DNA of 10,251 nt from positions 1 to 10,251 of the forward strand of contig CAXBPH010000250.1 of assembly GCA_963977445.1 (NCBI GenBank), given 5' to 3'. Below the pieces are notes generated by a model. The model worked only from the letters and a program-made list of their open reading frames with translations. It did not search any database and was not told where the DNA came from. Origin of the DNA: an uncultured bacterium (GTDB lineage Bacteria > Hydrogenedentota > Hydrogenedentia > Hydrogenedentales > JAEUWI01). The first letter of the stretch is position 1, and every line of letters begins with the position of its first letter. Shown one piece after another: positions 1-5,363 of the stretch. A program made the translations under genes and the position numbers.

Positions 1-233
1 CCCGTCGAACCGTTCAACGCCGTTTCAATGGGAAAGGTAACCAACGTCTCCACTTCTTCCGGAGCGAGTCCGGGGGACTCCGTCAGGATAGTGACCTGCG
101 GGCGATTCAGATCGGGCAGTACGTCCACAGGCAGTTGGCCGATTTCATAGACGCCGTAGCCCGTTAGCACCAACGCGGCCGCGAGTACCATGAGGCGGTT
201 TTTGATTGAGAAGAGAATTATGCGGGAAAGCAT
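1..233 (-). CDS. CusA/CzcA-family heavy-metal efflux RND transporter permease subunit (5' part; runs off the left edge)
   Basis: Not in the ORF track. Manual translation of the minus strand from ATG at 233 (alternative ATG at 239) gives MLSRIILFSIKNRLMVLAAALVLTGYGVYEIGQLPVDVLPDLNRPQVTILTESPGLAPEEVETLVTFPIETALNGST. This is the typical HME-RND N-terminus (TM1, LPVDVLPD, PGLAPEEVE...TFPIE). It lies downstream of the TolC and adaptor genes. Confidence 0.93.
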   Translation of the reverse strand, partial: MLSRIILFSIKNRLMVLAAALVLTGYGVYEIGQLPVDVLPDLNRPQVTILTESPGLAPEEVETLVTFPIETALNGST

Positions 234-276
234 CGGCATGTTCCATCAAGTTGGCTGGGCATCGAATTGGTTTGTG

Positions 277-305
277 AAGAGGGGCCGGCGGCACCGGCCC
301 CTCTT
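277..305. other. Perfect 12-bp stem-loop between the lipoprotein gene and the RND pump gene
   Basis: AAGAGGGGCCGG (277-288), 5-nt loop, CCGGCCCCTCTT (294-305). No clear U-tract follows in the operon (minus) direction, so it may be an mRNA-stabilising or partial-termination hairpin. Confidence 0.6.
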
Positions 306-322
306 TGATCTGCTCAGTGATC

Positions 323-1104
323 TTATTTTGCCGACGCCAGGGCTTTCTTCAAATTGGCATCGGGGTCCTTCATAAAGTTCCCGCCGCACCCCGAGCAGCA
401 GAGCCCAACGCGATAGCCTCCAAAGTCAACGTGGGCGTCCTTCTCCATCGATCCGGTTTGCTACCACTGATGGGACAGATGGCATTGTTAGCCATCTTGA
501 GGGCATCCGATGCTACCGCCCCGTTTTTCGCCAAATGTCCTTCAAGGAGCTTCTTGATTCCCTCGATTTCCGACTTGAACTTGGTCAGCACAGTCTTGGT
601 CTGAGCCGCGTTGCCCGCGTCACCGTACTTGTCCAGCAATTCCGCTTGCTGGCGTATCTTTCCCAGCGCCGTTTCAAGCGAGGCGGATACATCCGTCGGG
701 AGCGCGTCGAGTTTTCCTGGTAACCCAACCAGCATGTCGCGCACCATAAATGCTATCTCGTGGACCTGATCCAGTTTGCCGTCGGCAACAACGTTATCCA
801 GCAATTCCAAGTGTTCATCTACCTCGGCCATTATTGCCTCGGCGGAATCGGGGACCTCCATTTTTCCTTCGTGTGTGTCGTGACCGTCGGCGTGGGACGC
901 CTCATGGGTATCGCCGGTTTCCATGTGGGCCTCACCGGCTTCCATGTGGGCCGACTCGTGGGCCTCGCCGCCCGTGGCCTGCGGCATGGTATTTTCAACC
1001 TTACCCACAGCATCCCCTTCGTTTTCCTTCGCCGAGCCGCATCCGCTGGCAAGCCCGATGACTAAACAGAGTCCCAAACCCAGTTTTAATGCTATTGTGT
1101 TCAT
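323..1104 (-). CDS. His/Met-rich predicted lipoprotein with a helical domain and a C-terminal YHS/TRASH-like Cys domain, interrupted by a 1-nt frameshift near 453-460
   Basis: ATG at 1104 lies 1 nt after the upstream TAA and follows AAGGAAG. The signal peptide has a lipobox (LASGC), followed by a His-rich linker and a predicted helical region. The frame as given stops at 370 (244 aa). Adding one base after ...NAICPISGSK continues as GSMEKDAHVDFGGYRVGLCCSGCGGNFMKDPDANLKKALASAK* (TAA at 323-325), giving 260 aa. Confidence 0.75.
914..952. repeat. 21-bp-period in-frame tandem duplication encoding AHME(A/T)G
   Basis: ccggtttccatgtgggcc (914-931) and ccggcttccatgtgggcc (935-952) are 17/18 identical and lie in the His-rich linker of the lipoprotein. 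Confidence 0.7.
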
Positions 1105-1105
1105 T

Positions 1106-2383
1106 TTAGTCTTCCTTATGGTTGTTGTTTCCGGTACGTTCAGCGGAGTCTTGTGTGCTTTCGATGGCGGGAACGCCCGTAGACATCTGGGTCTTCCCTG
1201 CCAACATTCGAATCTGGTAGAGGCCCGTGACCGCAACGATATTGCCGTCTTGGAGTCCCTCTGTGACCAAAATTTCACTATCCCGTTGGCCGTAGGCTGT
1301 AACGGGGCGCGCGGTGAACACTTCGGGAGCTGTTTTTACGTACACCAGCGTACGACCACTCTCATTTACTATGGCCGCCTTCTGAACCATCAAGCCCGTC
1401 CGTACCTGTTTCGACTCGATAAATACGTCCATGGCCATGCCCGCGCGAAGGAGACCTTCCCTGTTGTCCACGCTGAACACTGCCTTGACCGTTCTCGTGT
1501 CCGGGCTCACCGTACTTCCGATATAGACTAGAAGGCCCTCGAAACGCTCCTGTGGATAGGCATCCGAAAGAATAACGGCTCTTTCGGCCTGCTGGACAGC
1601 GGCAAGGTTCAACTCGTAAATATCCGCTTCGACCCAAACGACCGATGTGTCGATGAGCTCGAACAGCATTTTCGCAGGCTCGATGTATTCGCCTGGCGCG
1701 ATGTCGGCCGTGTCGATGACCCCGTCTATCGGGCTCGTGAGGTCCAGTATGCGAAGGGAATCGCTGTCGGTCGCGCCGGCATGCAGTTTTTCCAGGGTCC
1801 GCTCCAATCCAGCGACACGTTGCCGCGATATTGCGACAGCGGATGAACTTTCCTGCTTGCGTCGACCACTTACGGCATCGCCGAGTTTCGAAACGCGCTC
1901 GAATTCTTGTCCCGCTAGTGCACGTTCTTCGCGCGCCTGTTGAAGCTCGCTTTCGGTGCGGGCTATTTCGGCGTTGAGCGAAACCGTGCTGGAGATATCC
2001 GTGGTCTGTTCAATGCGGGCGATAATCTGGCCTTTCTTTACGAACGTACCCTGCGAAGGGATTTCGTCGCCCGGCAGCACACGCCCGGGAAATGGCGCAT
2101 GCACCTGTGCGTTGCGAAGCGTAGGTGTGACAACAGTTCCAAGGGTCTTCAGTTGGTCTGGACGCGTTGCTTCCGTGGAACGAGCGGTGCGTATATTCAA
2201 ACTGAATTGAACTTCCTTAGAGACGAATATAGGTTCGCCAATGGCCGGGCCCGCTGTCGTGGCGAGACTCTCACCTGAATGGTCTTCTCCCCCGTGTGGC
2301 CATGCGGGGCGGGCGACGAAGCTTGTAACAAGCAACAGAACCACGATACATATCCGTGTGTCTGGTTGGAATTGCCGAATCAC
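1106..2383 (-). CDS. Efflux RND transporter periplasmic adaptor subunit (CzcB/CusB/HlyD family)
   Basis: Motifs VHAPFPGRV...GTFVKKGQIIARI, a coiled-coil hairpin, LTSPIDGVI, VVWVEADIYE, VSPDTRTVKA, LRAGM and GLQDGNIVAVTG. The likely start is GTG at 2383, which overlaps the upstream TGA (GTGA) and follows GAAGG. The ORF-track start at 2467 lies well inside the upstream gene. Confidence 0.92.
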   Translation of the reverse strand: MIRQFQPDTRICIVVLLLVTSFVARPAWPHGGEDHSGESLATTAGPAIGEPIFVSKEVQFSLNIRTARSTEATRPDQLKTLGTVVTPTLRNAQVHAPFPGRVLPGDEIPSQGTFVKKGQIIARIEQTTDISSTVSLNAEIARTESELQQAREERALAGQEFERVSKLGDAVSGRRKQESSSAVAISRQRVAGLERTLEKLHAGATDSDSLRILDLTSPIDGVIDTADIAPGEYIEPAKMLFELIDTSVVWVEADIYELNLAAVQQAERAVILSDAYPQERFEGLLVYIGSTVSPDTRTVKAVFSVDNREGLLRAGMAMDVFIESKQVRTGLMVQKAAIVNESGRTLVYVKTAPEVFTARPVTAYGQRDSEILVTEGLQDGNIVAVTGLYQIRMLAGKTQMSTGVPAIESTQDSAERTGNNNHKED

Positions 2384-3006
2384 TTCGCACCTTCTTTCAA
2401 TTCTCCGCGCGTTGCGCGGCCCGCCCAAAATCCCACGAAGGCGGCTCCCGCGACGCCCCCTATCCACAATAGCGCGACCTGCGCGGTTTTTTCGGACGCA
2501 CCTTCATCCTCCATATGCCCGGCCTCCGTTTCCACCGGAAAGGCGATGCCATCTATCGAAAAAAAATCGTTGAGGCCGTCTAATGTCACGTCTACAAGGA
2601 GAGCGTACGCCATCCCACGGGAAAGGGTTGCCGCTGCGGCGTATTCACCGGGTACGGTCGTGGGTGATACTGTAAGGTTGGTATCCACCTCACCACCACT
2701 CAATGTTAATTCCAGGTGGGCTCCATCTTGAGGCTTATTGGTGAACTTGTCCGCAAGTAAAAGTCGGAGCGGTACGGGAGATCCGGTAATCCCATTCCGG
2801 GCGTCGTAAACCACAGTAAGTTCCAGTGCTTCCCCGGTTCCCGAGAAAGAGCGCCGAACGCTTGCCGAATTGGGCGCAGGCACCATCACCGGCTCGTCGT
2901 GGGATTCTCCTTCATGCGCGCGTGCCGGTCCCCCAGCAACTGCCGCAGCAATGATCGTGGCGTACCATAGAACATTTAGCGTCGATCTGAATAGGGTTCG
3001 ATTCAT
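2380..3006 (-). CDS. Hypothetical exported protein: signal peptide, N-terminal HEGESH motif, beta-rich (YtkA/FixH-like?) domain, C-terminal transmembrane anchor
   Basis: ATG at 3006 overlaps the TolC stop (TGATG). The signal peptide ends ...PARA/HEGESHDE, the core is beta-strand-like (LELTVVY, LRLLL, PGEYAA, YALLVDV), and a C-terminal hydrophobic helix VALLWIGGVAGAAFVGFWAG is followed by basic residues. The fold assignment is inference. Confidence 0.8.
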   Translation of the reverse strand: MNRTLFRSTLNVLWYATIIAAAVAGGPARAHEGESHDEPVMVPAPNSASVRRSFSGTGEALELTVVYDARNGITGSPVPLRLLLADKFTNKPQDGAHLELTLSGGEVDTNLTVSPTTVPGEYAAAATLSRGMAYALLVDVTLDGLNDFFSIDGIAFPVETEAGHMEDEGASEKTAQVALLWIGGVAGAAFVGFWAGRATRGELKEGAK

Positions 3007-4454
3007 CAGTCTGTCACCTTTACTATGGCATCCGCCGGTTTGGCTGTTGCAGCCCATTCAAGATTTCCCCCTACGGCGCGCTCTAATTCGGTGTACGCGG
3101 CGCCAAAGTCCGCACGGGCCCTTCCGTAGGCGCGTTCGCGGTCAAGGAGCGCCTGCTGTGCAAATAGCAGAGGGTACACGCTTTGCTCCCCGGCTTCGTA
3201 CATGATACGCGCCAACTGGACATTCTTTTCTGCGAGCGGTATGGCTTTGTCCCTGAGCAAGACAATCGAGGAATTCGCGGCATTGAAGGCCGCCTCGGCC
3301 TCGGCAAGTTCGGAAGCCACGCTGTCCAGCAGGCTATCCAACTCCTTGTGGCGCTGTACCGCGGCGATCTCGGATTTCCTTATTTGGGCCTGATTCTGGT
3401 CCCAGAGCGGCAACACAAGTTCGATAGAGGGACCGGCCACCGCCTTTATCACCTTTTCCTTCGGAGAGTCCGGTGATTCCGGCATGCGGGGTTGACTGGC
3501 CTCCTCCGTCCGTTCCGCTTCCACGCCGAGACTGAGGCTCGGAATGCGAGACAGTCGCTCCCTCCGGACTTCCTCGGCGGCGATACGTACGCCGAGAACG
3601 GACGCTTGCGCATCCAGGCGCTGACGGGTGGCCAGCAGAAGCAGGGCGGCAGAGTCCAACGGCAACATGAAAGGCTCCGGTAGCCTGTCGGTCAGCTCGG
3701 TGGCCACTGCGATGCGTATGACGCCCATCAATCGGTAGAGCTGGGCGCTTTCCTGAGCGTGGTCTCGGGCCAGTTCGTTGACATGGTCTTGCCCATCCAC
3801 GAGCGCGGCCTCGGCCAGATATACGTCTTGAATTCCGGTGTCCCCGGCATTGAACTGTTGTTGCGCGAGCGCCAGCGAACGTTCGAGCAGGCGAAGGCCT
3901 GCCTCGGCCTGTTGCTGCGCTTCGATTGTTGAAAGCAGAGCATAGTATTTCGCCTTCACTTCAGCCCGGAGTTCGATGGCGGCATTCGCCGCCTGCAAGA
4001 CCGTTCGCTCAAGCTTCGATTCCGCAATCCGTTTGCGCAGGGGCAACTGCCAGAGCTCCGTGAGTGACTGGACGAGGCTGCCTCCCAGCCGAGAACGGCC
4101 CGAGACGTCGGGCACACCGAGGCTGAACGACAGGGTAGGATTCGAAATTAAGCTGGATTGCACGAGATCCGCCTGGGAAACACCGATCTCTAGGAACTGC
4201 GCTTGAAACGCCGGATTATTCAGCAGAGCCACCATGATAGCCTCATCCAAGGTCACACCTCCCTCCAGCGCCTCGCGAACTCGCTTGGCGGCTGGATCGG
4301 CCGGTGTATCCGGGGAATAGGCGACAGCGGTTCCGGTCCGCCTCGCGATCATGTCACTTGCCTGGTCGTAGCTCGATTTTGCGTCAAGCGTAACGCAACT
4401 CAGCGGGGTAAGGGCTATCAGCAGCATGGATATGAAGAGCAGTAGAAGTTTCAT
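3006..4454 (-). CDS. TolC-family outer membrane efflux lipoprotein (CzcC/CusC-like)
   Basis: MKLLLLFISM...LTPLSC lipoprotein signal. OEP-family patterns: VTLDEAIMVALLNNP, ELRAEVKAKYYAL, QQFNAGD, RLDAQA, IPSLSLG, LVLPLWDQNQAQI, YEAGEQS, ELERAVGG. ATG at 4454 is preferred over the TTG start at 4517. Confidence 0.93.
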   Translation of the reverse strand: MKLLLLFISMLLIALTPLSCVTLDAKSSYDQASDMIARRTGTAVAYSPDTPADPAAKRVREALEGGVTLDEAIMVALLNNPAFQAQFLEIGVSQADLVQSSLISNPTLSFSLGVPDVSGRSRLGGSLVQSLTELWQLPLRKRIAESKLERTVLQAANAAIELRAEVKAKYYALLSTIEAQQQAEAGLRLLERSLALAQQQFNAGDTGIQDVYLAEAALVDGQDHVNELARDHAQESAQLYRLMGVIRIAVATELTDRLPEPFMLPLDSAALLLLATRQRLDAQASVLGVRIAAEEVRRERLSRIPSLSLGVEAERTEEASQPRMPESPDSPKEKVIKAVAGPSIELVLPLWDQNQAQIRKSEIAAVQRHKELDSLLDSVASELAEAEAAFNAANSSIVLLRDKAIPLAEKNVQLARIMYEAGEQSVYPLLFAQQALLDRERAYGRARADFGAAYTELERAVGGNLEWAATAKPADAIVKVTD

Positions 4455-4778
4455 ACAAGAAGTGTCCCGGGTGCCGAAGCGCCCAGACCCTCGAAGATGA
4501 TGGGGATTGATTTGCAACCTGGGGGCTGCGCAGCGAAGAATTGGCCCTGTGGAGCCGCCCCAGGTCCATTTAGAACCCAGGTGACCGTCGGCCAGGAGTT
4601 GTCGTGCCTCACCATCTAATAATGTCGCCTCACTGCTTGGTTCGTTTACTCCGGTCGGACTCTGATCGCGGTGCCTTTATCGCGATCACGAAATCGCCGA
4701 ACGCGAGATTCATTCGCGTGGCCGTCCGGTAATTTTGCAACGCCCGCCCCAGCCAGGGCGAGCCTCTATCTCGCTCAT

Positions 4779-4795
4779 AGCAATTGACGTGCCAA
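4779..4795 (-). promoter_or_regulatory. sigma54 (RpoN) -24/-12 promoter for the efflux operon
   Basis: The minus strand reads TTGGCACGTCAATTGCT, an exact match to the YTGGCACG-N4-TTGCW consensus, oriented toward tolC. The predicted TSS is about 4768. Confidence 0.85.
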
Positions 4796-4853
4796 AATAG
4801 TTCGCAGCAAAACGTTAAGAAAACAAGACTTTCGGCCAAAGCCAGTCCCGTGG

Positions 4854-4882
4854 CTGGTCAGAAAATAACCACCCCTGGTCAG
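4854..4882. promoter_or_regulatory. Candidate enhancer (UAS) for a sigma54 activator
   Basis: Near-perfect dyad TGGTCA-GAAAA-TAACCA (4855-4871) centred about 95 bp upstream of the predicted TSS, plus direct repeats CTGGTCAG at 4854-4861 and 4875-4882 (21-bp spacing). Confidence 0.45.
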
Positions 4883-4991
4883 CCTCTTTGCGCGTCGGGT
4901 GTGGTATGCGCTGCTCAAAAGGCAATCGGTGATTCAAAAGTTTCAACCGGAGCCGGACCGCAGAGAGCGGAGCGTGAAAGCCCGCCAAGAC

Positions 4992-5257
4992 CTAGGAGTC
5001 TGACTCCGAATCCCCGTGGCGCACGCGAAATCAGTTGCGAGCAGTGCGCGGAGCGACGAGGACGCAATATTGATATTGTTAGGAGGAGCGACAAAGCAAT
5101 GCGACGCAAATGGTTTCGCCCGAAGGGTTTGTCCCCAGCACACCGTCTGCTGCGTTGCAGAATTGCAACGACCGTCAGGTCGCGTTGTTTCTGCGCCTTG
5201 CACCCGGCGCACTGGGGACAAACGTGCATCCGCGTGGATTCGGAGTCAGACTCCTAG
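4992..5257. mobile_element. Non-autonomous MITE-like element (~260 bp) with terminal inverted repeats and CTAG (or TA) flanks
   Basis: CTAGGAGTCTGACTCCGAATCC (4992-5013) is the exact reverse complement of GGATTCGGAGTCAGACTCCTAG (5236-5257). No transposase-sized ORF is present. Internal inverted repeats lie at 5025-5039/5105-5119 and 5127-5138/5212-5223. Confidence 0.8.
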
Positions 5258-5363
5258 CTGGACAAGAAGACAGAGTCACAACATCTGACCATGACCGAAG
5301 CTGAAAATGCCGGAAAACTGCCTGTCCGGTCTGTTCTTGACGCGTGTCTCCCCCGCTGCCTCG

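Noticed and set aside
1105..1278. N-terminal extensions in the ORF track (1278, 2467, 3057, 4517 and 8487 starts)
   Set aside because: Most overlap neighbouring genes, and the efflux-gene extensions bury signal peptides. Downstream starts have SD sequences or stop/start overlaps, or (tolC) begin directly at the lipoprotein signal.
190..4445. Many plus-strand ORFs opposite the efflux operon (and similar ones opposite leuA, bcp and the lipoprotein gene)
   Set aside because: These are antisense shadow frames typical of GC-rich coding DNA, with no recognisable motifs.
4606..4633. GCCTCAC direct repeat at 21-bp spacing
   Set aside because: Only two 7-bp copies, compatible with chance, and no supporting context.
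4455..4770. Known riboswitches (NiCo/czcD, yybP-ykoY, fluoride, c-di-GMP-I)
   Set aside because: Only short coincidental matches were found (e.g. GGGACAC, CACAGGGC). The conserved elements and spacing I know for these families are absent. An Rfam scan would be decisive.
4784..5304. ORFs 4784-5257, 4915-5229, 4943-5221, 5016-5288 and 5110-5304 as genes or a transposase
   Set aside because: They overlap the inverted-repeat element and promoter, have Arg/Cys/Ser-rich shadow-like composition, and show no DDE or HUH motifs. One simply ends at the TAG of the CTAG terminus.
5304..5329. Intrinsic terminator after leuA (CCGGA-N10-TCCGG followed by CATTTT on the minus strand)
   Set aside because: The 5-bp stem, large loop and short offset U-tract are too weak to call.
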